Shown here: positions 35,001 through 48,860 of the stretch, piece by piece
Numbering within the stretch: position 1 is the first letter of the stretch
How the letters are laid out: each line of letters starts with the position of its first letter
From: Amphiscolops sp. MND2022
Taxonomy: Eukaryota
DNA: 64,000 bases
Direction of reading: 5' to 3'
Assembly (NCBI GenBank): GCA_964187785.1
Contig: OZ076409.1
Location: forward strand, 37,574,001 to 37,638,000
Notes under the pieces: model-generated
Seen by the model: the letters and a program-made list of their open reading frames with translations, nothing else
Databases searched by the model: none
Told to the model about the DNA's origin: nothing
Translations under genes and position numbers: made by a program

Positions 35001-37682
35001 TTTTGTCATTTTCGGTCTGAATTTGAGGCTTTTTTACAAATCAAATTGCATTTATAACTTGGACGACGCCTCTTGGACAACAAAATCTTTCCTTGTTGAA
35101 TGGTTTTAACTTTCTAAGCAAGCAAGTGTATCAAATATTTGACAAAAATTGCATAAAAACAGTAATATTCCGAACTGTTTGGTAGTTTTTTTTTCAAATT
35201 CGATCGCAATTTTTTCTTTATAAAGTTGCATTTATTTCTTTGAAAAAGTTTCTTGGATAACGAAAGTTTTTTCTTTCAACTTTCAAAGCCACGAAATCTA
35301 TCGAAAATTTGACAAAAATTGCATTAAAACGGTAAAAAACCAAAAATTTTGCAGTTTTTACTATTTTCGGGTCATTTTTGGGTCATTCTGGGGTCTTCGG
35401 GGTCAACCAAAAAAGTCCAAAAATATCCACAAATACATTCCGCATGATGCTAATTTTACATCAGCTGAATTCTATGGGTGAAACCCTTTAGCTTTGATAT
35501 AAATAAATTCTTGGCAAATTTTGTAAAAAAAACCGTTTGATTTAAACATTTTCCTTTTCCATATGAAATATGGACGGAAAGGAATAATTGAAAATTTACT
35601 AACTTGAACTGTCTCTGTATTCAGACGCAGGAGTTACTGGATAAGGTTCCAACTCTTTCATCGTCCAATTTTTTCATCGTCACGAGGCATGTTGTAAATG
35701 ATCTCGAGCTCTCTCGTTCAGTTTCGGGTCGCTCTGAGAAATACATTTCAATTGAGAGTCTTTCTCGCATTTACGTTAGTTCTACCAATTTAGTTTTTTA
35801 GTCGACCAGTTGCTGTGTGTTCTCATTCCCGAGAATACGCCCAAATTTTGTAAAACGGTAACCTGCACGTTTTCACGCAGGATCCGAAGGTTTTTTTATT
35901 TAATCATTATCAAAAGCCAGTCAAGCAATGCTCTTGTTATGATGCAAAAATTATCAAAAAAGAATGGATAGAAAAATTCCATTTTCTCATACGGTACAGA
36001 CAACAAATCCAATAGGGAATTGAATTGAACAAAAATCGGTATCTTTGTCAACGTGAGAATGAAATAAACATAGGTAGTCTCATTGCTTTTTACAGTTTTC
36101 GAAGCATTACTCAGCATTGTGTTAAAGCCACCACCATCGGACAAGATTGTGCCAAGTGTTTCTTGCTCAAGATGTCATTAGTTGAGACTGCTGGAACTTT
36201 GGCTTGCTCTTTGCGTTGTATACACACTTATATTCCTCAACTCATGTAATAAAATCACCACTTCTCAAATATCACGGTGAAAATGACACTAGTTTGCAGT
36301 TTACAAAGTGACTGAAACATTATTACCTTGAAATGGCGGTGAATTTGAAGAATTCTCAGCTCATTAAAACAGCCACGACGGCATGTCGCGCTTCGCCTTG
36401 AGTAGAAACTTTCAATAGTCTGCAGAATGTGCTACCAATTGTGTATGTTCCAGGGCCCAAAACTTTGTGAACTTATCTAGTTTCAGATCAGGAAATTTGA
36501 TGGAAGAACTAAAAAGATGAAAGAAAATAATTTGAGAAAAACGATAAATGTATTTTTGGCAAAAAAACGAAGACGTCATACTTGATGACGAAATTTTTGA
36601 TAATACAAAAAATAGCCTACATCTTTGCCTCATTCTGTGAGGGAGAATGGTTTTTGTATTTATTTTCATTTCGGAGAAAAATCATTTATAAATTGGAAAA
36701 AAATTGGATTATGTTCAACTTTTTATCCCTTTACTTGCCCAAAAAACAAGAGCGAAAAAAAATCGACGTCACTTTTAGTTTTAAACGTAGCCTACAAAAC
36801 ACTGTACAAATTACGAAACCATGAACTCCGTATTTGTTCTCGGTCATGAGATAGAGGAGCTCAAGTTTAAAGTAAATTTTTTGAAAAATAATCAAGAATT
36901 TTTAGCAGAAAAACGAAGGCGTCATCCTCGAAGGCAGAAGATTTGCTGGCACAAAATGTAGCCTACATCTTCGCTGCTTGTCTTGAGGGAAAATGGTTTC
37001 TGTATCTTTTATAAGTTTTGAGAAATATGAGTCAAATGAAAAAAAAATGACATTTTGTTTCATCCCTTTTTTGCCTTAAAAAACTGAGTATGAGAAAGTT
37101 TTGACGTCAGTTTTAAGCTAAAGTGTAGCCTATGGGATGCTTGGACAATTTACGCAACCATGGACTTTTTTTTGGTCTTGATTTTGAGATATAAGGAATC
37201 AAAGATTATAAAACGCTCAAAAGTTGCGTTTTTTTGAAACTTCTTTTCAAAAAAAAACATGAAACCGAATTTTTTGAAATTTTTTCAACGAAAAAGTAGC
37301 CTACGATCTTCCGCAACTTTTAGCGAAAACATGGTATCCAAATCTATTCTCAGTTTCGAGAAATTTGCCTCATTAATTTGAAAAGTGAAATCTGCGAAAA
37401 AAATAAAGCAAAGCCCGAGCCCCAAAAATAGAACTGATGCATAAATCCCGCAAAACGTTCCGGCCTAAAGTTTCTGCCAAATAATAGATAACCTTTCGAG
37501 GTGCGTGTTAGAAATCGAATATAACAGGGGAAAATATTCACATGAACTTTAAAAATTTCTCAGCAAAACTTGATGTAAACTTTCAAAAACAAGGGAAAAG
37601 ATCAAGAGTCTTGAATAAGGAGATTCAACGCAGCATTTTGAGGTTTTGTGAGAATATTTACTTGGGGTTGCTCAAACCACGG
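32068..37682 (+). repeat. 5.6-kb tandem segmental duplication, copy 1
   Basis: Near-identical to 37690-43306 (offset 5622, then 5624 after a 2-bp insertion); the ORF track is duplicated accordingly. Confidence 0.97.
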
Positions 37683-37689
37683 GGTTGCT

Positions 37690-40600
37690 CAAACCCTAAC
37701 CCATTTTTAAAGGCTATTCTGCGGTAGTCCTGATTATAGCAAGATGCCCGTAAATTGCAGCATTTAAAGACTGGAACTTTAAGATCAAAGAGCGTCCCTT
37801 AAGATGGTGCTCCCTCTTCGTTACCGGATTCCCACGCAGGAAAATGGACTAGTCTGTTAAACGGTCAGTCTCGGACGTAAGCGTTTGCATGCTGGTTTCT
37901 CCACCTTTCATAGCTGCCAAGCTATCTTTGATCAATTGAGCACAATCGAAAGAGTACGATCGATTGAAATGCCGTCTGGAAAACTACAAGAATTCCACTG
38001 CTTACGTCTTTATGTACTTTTGCGACATTCTAATGGCTGTTTGTGTCAATCGCAACCAAAATGAAAACTAGAGTTGATTTTCTTAAAATGATTTGTTTTA
38101 TACAAAATTGAGTCCGCCTTTTTTGCTGAATTTGCAGGTTAACTATGGTACATTTTCTCAGTTTATGGTACCTGAAAAATATATTTTCTCCGGCATTTTG
38201 GACAGTTGAACGTTGCTGACCTCCTTTTTGATGCTGATTAGCAATTTTTAACCACTTATTGCGAACTCCAGCGTTATCCAAAAGCAAAGCGTTCGAAGTT
38301 GCGTATTTGATGTTTTCAGTGTTTTCCATTTTGTCATCTACCAGAAGTGTTCATCGCCGAAGTTTTCTCGGAGAAAATTTTGGCATTTATCCCATTTGGC
38401 AGCTTTCTTTTAGCTGCTTATTTTTCGATGGTTATTGTTCCAGTTTGCTGTTGTTTTTTGTCAAACAAGACGCTCGCTGACCAGCAGGATATTTTCCGTC
38501 CGAACTGTTCAAGTAATGACATTTTTCTGAGATTCAAGAGTAACCATTACACTATGAAAACGCTTAGAGGTTTGATGGAAAAGGGTTTGACACTTTTTGG
38601 ATAATGTTATGCCATTTCAGAAGGAAACACTTTAAGAAGACACCAAACACCTATTTGTTTTTTTCGTCAGATTGTGTGTAACCTAACCAATCAAATTTTC
38701 TTTAAAATTGAGTGAAGTTGCCAAAAATGTCAAAAGCTGTAGATTTTTGCTTTTCGACAACTTTGCGGTCATTTGAAGAACTTTTATAGGAAACTGTAGA
38801 TGTTTTTTCAGAAACGCTATTTGGATAACGGGTCCACTCATTCTTGAATTACAAAATTGCTCGAAACGTTCACTCTGACGAACTTTTTGCATACACAGTT
38901 GTAGATTTCTTTTTTGGACATTCTGCATGCCTACTCAAAAAAACTAGACTTTTAGAATATTGCGAAATTTTGGTAACTTTCAATAGAAATTCTCTAATTC
39001 GTCAAACAACTGCCAAAACTTTTTTCGACTATTTTTGGGTCATTTTGAGGCTCTTTTCTAACATGAAACTGCAATTCACCTGCAAGAAACTTACTGAACA
39101 GCGCATTTGTTCGCTTTTGAGGGTTTTTCTTCTTCCAACGATGGAAACTTCTCAAAAAATTCGGAACATTGCATAAGAAACGTTGAATTTAGACTTTTTA
39201 TATCGGACTAATCAGGGCCACTTTTGAAGTACTTTTGAAGCTAAGTACTGCAACTCTCTTCCAACCAGAATAGTGCATAGCTAGTTTCATCGTTTTTGAG
39301 TGTTTTGAACTTTCTTGGTCACAGAAACTTTCAAAAATTCAGAACACAAACTGCAGGAAAATCGACAAACTTGAATAATTTCTGATGTAAAACACTGTAC
39401 TTTTCTCATCAAAAAGGAAACTACATACCTGATTCTATCACCTCGGAATGTTTTGAACCAATATTCTCAAAAATGATACTCAAATAACATGAAGAACCTA
39501 CATAAATTTTTTTTAGGACTTTTCGACAATTTTTGTGTCAAATTAAAGTTTAATTTTTTTAATCAGAAACTGGCACATATCCCATCAAAAAGCCTTCAGG
39601 AGACAGCCTTCAGTTGCTGTTGAACAGTTTAAGAGTTTTGATCCTGAAAAGGTTGAAGTTTTTACAAAAGTTCCGTTGGAAAATACAAAAATGTAAAAAA
39701 AAATCTAGGATTTGTTGACTATTTCGTGGTCCTTGTTGCAAGTTTTTTTACAAAACTGCATTTATCTCCTCAAACAACCCTTTTGGACAACAAAATCATT
39801 GGTTGTTGATCGTATTCAACTTTTTGATCCACGAAATCTCTAGAAATTTGACAAAAGTTGCATAAAAAGGTGAAAAATTGGTACATTTTGAAGTTTTCGT
39901 CATATTTGGTCGCAAATTGTGCGCTTTTTTCAGTAGAAAACTTTGTCTACTTCTTAACAAAAGCCTCTCTGACAGCGAATATGTTCCTTGTTGAACGTCT
40001 TAAATTTTCTAAGTCCCCAAGTTTCTCACAAAGTACACAAAAACTGCATAAAATTTCCGAAAACCTGAATTTTTTAGGCAATTTCAGTCTGAATCTGATG
40101 CATTTTTCCAGAACACATTGCTTTTACCTCTTCAAAAAAAGCCCCCGGACAACAAATTGTTTCCTTGTTGAACGTCTGTGAGATTCTAACGCACCAAATT
40201 TTTGGGAAAAAAAAACAAAAATTGTATATAATTTACAAAAGGCTGAACTTTTTAGTTTTTTTTTCGGTGTGAATTTGATAAATTTTTACAGCACAAATTG
40301 CTTTTACCTCTTCAAAAAAGCCCCCCGGACAACGAAGTGTTTCCTTGTTGACCGTCTGTGGGATTCTAAGCCACTAAGTTCTTCGAAAAATACACAAAAA
40401 TTGAATAAAATTTTCACAAAATTGAACTTTTTAGTTTTTTTTTGTCAATTTTGGTGTGAATTTGATGCATTTTTCAGCACAAATTGCTTTCACCTCTTCA
40501 AAGAAGACTCCCGGACAACGATGTTTTCCTTGTTGAACGGCTTTGACATTCTGAGCCACCAAGTCATTCGAAAAATAGACAAAACTTGCATGAAATTTTC

Positions 40601-43306
40601 AAAAATCTGAAGTTTCTGGGATTTTTGTCATTTTCGGTCTGAATTTGAGGCTTTTTTACAAATCAAATTGCATTTATAACTTGGACGACGCCTCTTGGAC
40701 AACAAAATCTTTCCTTGTTGAATGGTTTTAACTTTCTAAGCAAGCAAGTGTATCAAATATTTGACAAAAATTGCATAAAAACAGTAATATTCCGAACTGT
40801 TTGGTAGTTTTTTTTTCAAATTCGATCGCAATTTTTTCTTTATAAAGTTGCATTTATTTCTTTGAAAAAGTTTCTTGGATAACGAAAGTTTTTTCTTTCA
40901 ACTTTCAAAGCCACGAAATCTATCGAAAATTTGACAAAAATTGCATTAAAACGGTAAAAAACCAAAAATTTTGCAGTTTTTACTATTTTCGGGTCATTTT
41001 TGGGTCATTCTGGGGTCTTCGGGGTCAACCAAAAAAGTCCAAAAATATCCACAAATACATTCCGCATGATGCTAATTTTACATCAGCTGAATTCTATGGG
41101 TGAAACCCTTTAGCTTTGATATAAATAAATTCTTGGCAAATTTTGTAAAAAAAACCGTTTGATTTAAACATTTTCCTTTTCCATATGAAATATGGACGGA
41201 AAGGAATAATTGAAAATTTACTAACTTGAACTGTCTCTGTATTCAGACGCAGGAGTTACTGGATAAGGTTCCAACTCTTTCATCGCGTCCAATTTTTTCA
41301 TCGTCACGAGGCATGTTGTAAATGATCTCGAGCTCTCTCGTTCAGTTTCGGGTCGCTCTGAGAAATACATTTCAATTGAGAGTCTTTCTCGCATTTACGT
41401 TAGTTCTACCAATTTAGTTTTTTAGTCGACCAGTTGCTGTGTGTTCTCATTCCCGAGAATACGCCCAAATTTTGTAAAACGGTAACCTGCACGTTTTCAC
41501 GCAGGATCCGAAGGTTTTTTTATTTAATCATTATCAAAAGCCAGTCAAGCAATGCTCTTGTTATGATGCAAAAATTATCAAAAAAGAATGGATAGAAAAA
41601 TTCCATTTTCTCATACGGTACAGACAACAAATCCAATAGGGAATTGAATTGAACAAAAATCGGTATCTTTGTCAACGTGAGAATGAAATAAACATAGGTA
41701 GTCTCATTGCTTTTTACAGTTTTCGAAGCATTACTCAGCATTGTGTTAAAGCCACCACCATCGGACAAGATTGTGCCAAGTGTTTCTTGCTCAAGATGTC
41801 ATTAGTTGAGACTGCTGGAACTTTGGCTTGCTCTTTGCGTTGTATACACACTTATATTCCTCAACTCATGTAATAAAATCACCACTTCTCAAATATCACG
41901 GTGAAAATGACACTAGTTTGCAGTTTACAAAGTGACTGAAACATTATTACCTTGAAATGGCGGTGAATTTGAAGAATTCTCAGCTCATTAAAACAGCCAC
42001 GACGGCATGTCGCGCTTCGCCTTGAGTAGAAACTTTCAATAGTCTGCAGAATGTGCTACCAATTGTGTATGTTCCAGGGCCCAAAACTTTGTGAACTTAT
42101 CTAGTTTCAGATCAGGAAATTTGATGGAAGAACTAAAAAGATGAAAGAAAATAATTTGAGAAAAACGATAAATGTATTTTTGGCAAAAAAACGAAGACGT
42201 CATACTTGATGACGAAATTTTTGATAATACAAAAAATAGCCTACATCTTTGCCTCATTCTGTGAGGGAGAATGGTTTTTGTATTTATTTTCATTTCGGAG
42301 AAAAATCATTTACAAATTGGAAAAAAATTGGATTATGTTCAACTTTTTATCCCTTTACTTGCCCAAAAAACAAGAGCGAAAAAAAATCGACGTCACTTTT
42401 AGTTTTAAACGTAGCCTACAAAACACTGTACAAATTACGAAACCATGAACTCCGTATTTGTTCTCGGTCATGAGATAGAGGAGCTCAAGTTTAAAGTAAA
42501 TTTTTTGAAAAATAATCAAGAATTTTTAGCAGAAAAACGAAGGCGTCATCCTAGAAGGCAGAAGATTTGCTGGCACAAAATGTAGCCTACATCTTCGCTG
42601 CTTGTCTTGAGGGAAAATGGTTTCTGTATCTTTTATAAGTTTTGAGAAATATGAGTCAAATGAAAAAAAAATGACATTTTGTTTCATCCCTTTTTTGCCT
42701 TAAAAAACTGAGTATGAGAAAGTTTTGACGTCAGTTTTAAGCTAAAGTGTAGCCTATGGGATGCTTGGACAATTTACGCAACCATGGACTCTTTTTTGGT
42801 CTTGATTTTGAGATATAAGGAATCAAAGATTATAAAACGCTCAAAAGTTGCGTTTTTTTGAAACTTCTTTTCAAAAAAAAACATGAAACCGAATTTTTTG
42901 AAATTTTTTCAACGAAAAAGTAGCCTACGATCTTCCGCAACTTTTAGCGAAAACATGGTATCCAAATCTATTCTCAGTTTCGAGAAATTTGCCTCATTAA
43001 TTTGAAAAGTGAAATCTGCGAAAAAAATAAAGCAAAGCCCGAGCCCCAAAAATAGAACTGATGCATAAATCCCGCAAAACGTTCCGGCCTAAAGTTTCTG
43101 CCAAATAATAGATAACCTTTCGAGGTGCGTGTTAGAAATCGAATATAACAGGGGAAAATATTCACATGAACTTTAAAAATTTCTCAGCAAAACTTGATGT
43201 AAACTTTCAAAAACAAGGGAAAAGATCAAGAGTCTTGAATAAGGAGATTCAACGCAGCATTTTGAGGTTTTGTGAGAATATTTACTTGGGGTTGCTCAAA
43301 CCACGG
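37690..43306 (+). repeat. 5.6-kb tandem segmental duplication, copy 2
   Basis: Same as copy 1 apart from a handful of differences (six found by eye). Confidence 0.97.
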
Positions 43307-43327
43307 AGTTAGTTTCACTGCAAACTA

Positions 43328-43781
43328 CACTCAAACTATAGTGTAAATCAACCAAGTTAAGCAGCGTAAAACAGTCGAAGTTGTTGCAGAGTGAATTCCA
43401 ATTTGAAGCGTCAGCAAGAAATTGTCTAGTATTAATGAATTAGTGTAAAGTAGTCAAACTTTGACTACTATCCACTTTTTGAGGAGATTACTTTCTAAAT
43501 TCGTCAAAAAGTGAATTCTAGTTAAAGTTTGACTGATTCACACTTGAGGCAATTTTTTGACTGGAATACACTCTTTACGAATTACACTTAATGACTGAAA
43601 TTCGTGAATCTGCATTACACTGCTTGACTGAAATACGCAATACAATAGCTAATACACGTTACACTCCTTGACTAAAATACGATTCGTAATTATTTTACAC
43701 CGAAAACATACTACACCTGATGGTAAAAGTTCACTTTTGCGGCTCATATATCGTAATGTAACTAAAGTATTCAAAAGGGTG
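43328..43781. mobile_element. Possible CAC..GTG non-autonomous element with TACACT/TTGACT subterminal repeats
   Basis: TA|CACTC ... GGGTG|TA flanks and repeated TACACT..TTGACT units; TIR weak. Confidence 0.35.
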
Positions 43782-45476
43782 TAGTTTAAAAAATCGGCTG
43801 CTATCAGGTCTCCCGTCCCTAGTCAAAACGCTGGGCTTTTTAGATTCGGAAAGTCAGCATCCATCCGTGTATTGGTTTATTAGTACCTTCGGTTAATTTG
43901 CACCCGCAAAATTCGGATCTTCTTTCAATTCGTATGAATCTAAGACCCCCATTTCGTGGGTTTAAATGTAATATCACCCTGTTTTTTCGTTTTTCTCATT
44001 GTTCGTATTGTTCCACTCGGCCCGTAGCGATACGAATTAGGCGTATTCCACTGCACCTAGAAAGTTTGCGAGTTTCCGGTGGCAAGTCTAGTTGGAATGC
44101 AGTGCAGGTTCCACTAATACCAGTGATGGTTTCTATTGCAAATAAATTCCGCTGCGTTACCGACGCATTAACGTTGTTTTTTCCACTTGAGCTTCCCAAC
44201 GGAATATATTTTGCATTAAAATGGCGGCAAGCTTGATGACATCTCAGCTATATGTAAAACTAAAACCAACGTCTATTAAAACCTGCAAAACTTCACGGTT
44301 AGGAACTTGCCTCCAGACTTTTCATGAAATAATTGAGCACAAAAAATTTATAAAATCATGAAAATTGTTAGCAAGCTCTGAAAAGATGCAAGAATTTCAA
44401 GCATTTTTAACAGTTCAACAAGGGATCCCAACCCCACTAAGTGACCCAAAGGTCATCAATGGTACCCTGGGCCATGAAAGTACTCCAGAGTACTTAAAAT
44501 TTGAGTTTTTTTTCAACTAAACTTCGTAACTTAGAAAAAAGTCGTCTCCAGATTCGAATCTTTTCCCCTAAGGAGTCACCGGTAGAAAAGTCTTAAATAA
44601 TCCAAACTACTGTCCACTTGCTGTCATCAATGCGTTGCCCTCGAGACATCTGTCTCGCAAATTCAACTCAATGAAGCAGATTCTAACTAGCTCAATTGCA
44701 AGAAATTAATATCAACACATTCAATTACAATTAAAATAATACAGTACTAACAAACAAAACAATCTTATTACAGAAACAAGGAGCATCTTTTCCAAAAGGT
44801 TTCAGAATTTTGACAACGTAATGGATCCATAATAGTTTCGAAACTACAATATGGCAACGAGAACTACAAACTAAGACTACATTCCATCAACTCGAGTTAT
44901 GACTTTGATTAACTCAGCTTTCAGTTTTTGATCATTTAGGAAGTGTAGTCGAAACAATAAGAAAATATTCCTTTCATGGCAGTCTGCAGAGCATCAAAAT
45001 GTGATTTCGGAAATGTTTATCAGCATGTGAACGAAAAACAGGCTGGGATTTTATGAATATGTTGCATTTGGGAGCATTTGGCAACTATTTGATTAGTACT
45101 GCACAATTTGATTAATGCTACGTGCTAATGCGGATAAAACTAGAACAACGTGAAACATCTATATAAAAATTGAGTGCTCGTTCAAAAGTGTGGTCCGATG
45201 AATATACCGTGTTACAGACCAGACAATGTCAGAAAACTCGCAAAAGAAAGAAAAATTAATCAAATTTCAACTGAAAAGGTTGAGAAAAGGCGTATAGACT
45301 AAAAAAAGTTTAAAAGTGGTCCTGTGGAATTTCGGGAAACATGAATTCATATGTTTCCCAAAATTGCCTTAAAGCAAAAGATCAAAAGAATTGACTCTAT
45401 TGACTCAATATTTGAAGGACCACACTTTTAAATATTGCATTAAGTAGGTTTGTTCCATTTTGGGATATGTTCGCAC

Positions 45477-46773
45477 CGTGTCCGTTTAAGTTCGCCACTT
45501 TTAAGTTCGCCACCCGGGTTGACCCTCTTACTAGCATCTTGGCTGTCTTGGCAAGATCTTGCCAAATTCTTACTACATCTTGGCAACAATGGATCCCATG
45601 GCAAGATTCTTATTAAGATCTTACTAAGATAATACTTATTCCAAGATCGTATCTTATCACGATGGACAAAATTTTAAGATTATAAAAAAACGCTATACCT
45701 TCGGTACAAGCAGCCGAGACTCAATCTAAAGGCTCATTTCACTCAACAACGACTATTTCTACTCGTTTCCATAATCAAAATGCTTAAACCTGCTGAAAAC
45801 ATTTTGCATGCAAAAATTCGTGAAAAATTACGATAACGTAGTCTAGCTTCCAAAATTTTGACGAGAATCCTAATAACTGCTCACCTGTTCAGGACTGGGA
45901 AATGCGAATCTACCAAATGAAAGGTCATTTCAAGGGCTTTCCAAAACTTGTAATCGATATCGAAATGGTTGTAAAAACCATCCAGTAATTTTGTTTTGAG
46001 TGATGTCTAGATTATTTTTCCATAACTCTTACTTTAATGGTTTTCTGATTCTACTTTTTCTCGATATCGAGCAGTTCGTAGCAATTTTTTTCTTGCCATA
46101 TTCGGCTTTTTAGTTAGATTTTTCTTGCCATATTGGGCTTCTTAGTAAGATTTTTCTTGCCATATTGGCTTTCTTAGTAAGATTTTTCTTGGAAACATGG
46201 CTCTCTTGATAAGATCTTACCATGGCATCTTGCAATTCTTGGCAATATCTTGTCACGATCTTAGCTAAGATTTTTCCAAGATCTTGGCAAGATCTTGCCA
46301 AGATCTTACTAAGATATCCATGGAAGGTCGACCCGGGCACATATAAGTTAGCCCGTAAATCTTAGCCATATTTAATTTAGCCACCATATATGTTCGCCAC
46401 ATACAAGTTCGCCACATTTTCGGCCAATCAAATTCGAGCATTCAAAATTACGATAACGTAGTCAGATATGTTCACATACCCCTAGTGCCCTAAATGCAGG
46501 AGCGAAGCGAAGCGGAGCGACGTGCCATATGGCTATGCCTCAATGTTGCTACTTGGCGAAGGGAGCGAAGCGACCGAGCCATACAACAAGTATGCTAATC
46601 GCCACTAAATATAACCAAATGAAAATAATCGCTGATATGGAATTCTTTCATTAGCTGAAATGTGGCGAAAATAAACGTGGCGATCTTATATGGTGGCTAA
46701 CTTAAACGTGGCTAAGTTTTACGGGCTAACTTATACGTGGCGAACTTAAATATGGCGAACTTACAACGGCACC
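45477..46773. mobile_element. Foldback-type element with 15-bp subterminal repeats; carries a nested insertion
   Basis: TAAGTTCGCCAC-type repeats on the left, inverted GTGGCGAACTTA-type repeats on the right. Flanked by the direct repeat GTTCGCAC (45469-45476, 46774-46781). Confidence 0.8.
45513..46337. mobile_element. MITE (CCCGGG termini, CAAGATCTTG repeats) nested in the foldback
   Basis: TIR CCCGGGTTGACCCTC / GAAGGTCGACCCGGG; 2-bp TSD CA. Confidence 0.85.
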
Positions 46774-46790
46774 GTTCGCACTTCTAGTTA

Positions 46791-47604
46791 CCCTAGTCCA
46801 AAAAAATGCGTATCTTGCAAGATTCTTACATTTTTATCTTTAAAGAAAATGCATTTTTCTTCAAGACATCTTGCAAGAATCTTGCAAGATAAACATTTTT
46901 TCAATGATAATCTTGCAAGATATACATTTTCTCGAAGAATCTTGAAAGAATTGAATTTTCAAATCAAAAGTATTCATGGAATTAAGGGATCTGATATATA
47001 AAGACACTCTCCATTACAGCCAGAGTCTCACTTCTAAAATTGTGAAGGACCCAAAAATGCAAACTCTAGAAAAAATAAAACTCTAGAAGTGTGATTTTAG
47101 TAATGCGCCCTGAAAGCCAAATTTTTGCAATAAAAAACTGACATTTGAAACTCAGTTTTGATGAAGTACATTGGAAAACAAATGACCCTCTATCACGTAC
47201 ACGATGGAGACTTCGAAATCAAGCCGAACGAACCTAAATTGATGATAGGCGTACATTTTTTGGAAAAAAACGCAAAAACAAGAGAAAAATAATCTTTTTT
47301 CGACAATTGGTGAAGCTGTTGACTACGTTATCATAACTCATTTGTTGTCTTGCAAGATTTGCATTGTCTTGCAAGATTCTTGCAAGACTGGTATTCTAGT
47401 TTATCATCTTGCAAGATTTGCATTGTCAGATATTTGCAGCAAAATGTTTTTCTTTCAAGAATCTTGTAAGATATCTTGTAAGATTTGCATACTTCTGAAA
47501 AATCTTGCAAGATTTGAATTTAGGTCCACAATCTTGCAAGATAGCCATCAAATGCAAGATATTGGCAAGAATCTTTAAAGATTTGCATTTAACTTCATCC
47601 AGGG
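46791..47604. mobile_element. MITE (CCCT..AGGG, TCTTGCAAGA repeats)
   Basis: CCCTAGTCCAAAAAAATGC ... GCATTTAACTTCATCCAGGG; 2-bp TSD TA. Confidence 0.8.
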
Positions 47605-47847
47605 TAGTCCATGGATTAATATGGTTTGGACCTGAGGCGATGTTCGGGATTAATACATTGCTATAAGCATGCAACTTTTCAAATTGATATCAACTTTAGC
47701 AACCTACCGGCTCATATCAGCAGGAATTCCAAATCAGACTATTAGAATTTCTTCATTTGGATTTGATTTCGGGGTTTATGTTTACTTGATTTCAAAAATG
47801 CTTGATAATTCAGTTAAACATTTAAGTGTTTCTTCATCATAGACTGC

Positions 47848-48027
47848 CTAAGCAGAAGTTTCTCGGACTTCGGGTATTGCTGCAACATCATTGGCTAGCT
47901 CGAGCTTGTTTGCTATGACGTCACTATTAGCAGTGGCGACATCTGACACTCGGTGTCGTTCCTCTTGATGACTGTCGACTTCTTCTTTGGATGACTTCTT
48001 TTTGGTGAGGGCGGTGTTATCTGCTGC
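47848..48027 (-). CDS. Class A GPCR, probable last coding exon (C-terminal tail)
   Basis: Acceptor TTCTTTAG; phase 0 matches the preceding exon; 59 codons AADNTALTKKKSSKEE...VRETSA then TAG. Confidence 0.65.
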   Translation of the reverse strand, partial: AADNTALTKKKSSKEEVDSHQEERHRVSDVATANSDVIANKLELANDVAAIPEVRETSA

Positions 48028-48709
48028 CTAAAGAATTGAACTCAATTTTAAAAAAGTAATGGCTTTATTTAGGTGTCACTAATTTGAAGCAGGGTGGAAG
48101 TCATTCGAGATACATTCACTTCAACCAAAAATTTCAATTAGTTTCTGAGACTTCATTTCATATAAACTGACCCATGTCTTTGTTTTCCATCCATGATTCA
48201 TCCGTCGATCATGAATTCGCAATGTCCAGAATCATTCCATATGTGAAAAGCCATGATGCCTTGGATGACCATGGATGAAAACTCATGAATTTAACCACGA
48301 AAATGCCTAAATTTTCCTTTATTTTGTAATAGTGATACTCTTGAACAACACTAGAATAGAAAATTAGTGAACTGAAATTATAAGTTCTATATGAATAAGA
48401 AAAAGACGATATGTTATTTCGTATCATACGCTCGAAAGAATAGGAGTTTCTGAGCTAACTTGCAATCAGTTCGAGAAAGTTACTAGGTTATGTGGGGCAG
48501 AAACAAGCACAGCTGCTTATACTCATTTTCGGTCTCGGTTGTATAAACTCTTAATTGATTCCTACAAATGAACTTTCGCATTTGTTCCCGAATACCCTAT
48601 CAAATAAACACTCCTTCCCTTTCCTGATTGATATGAGCGTCAGCGCCTTTTAAGAAATAACGATTTTTTCGCAAGTTCACAAGTGATGATTTTTAGAGGA
48701 AAATGGTAC

Positions 48710-48860
48710 CTGGTCATTGACGGGGAAAGATCGGTCTTCGTGCGAGTCATCGCGACAGAGAAGAGTCTTGATGAGAATTTTCCTGCGGGTCTCCGGCAAC
48801 ACGGAGTAGAATAGAGGGTTCAGTGCCGCGTTCACGTAAGTCAGCGCTATCGCTGGTTGC
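48710..48860 (-). CDS. Class A GPCR exon: TM7 and helix 8
   Basis: QPAIALTYVNAALNPLFYSVLPETRRK contains NPxxY. Acceptor TTTTGTCTGCAG, donor CAG|GTACC. Confidence 0.88.

Noticed and set aside
32408..43165. Pairs of identical short ORFs suggesting a duplicated gene cluster
   Set aside because: Spurious ORFs in repeat DNA, identical only because of the recent tandem duplication.
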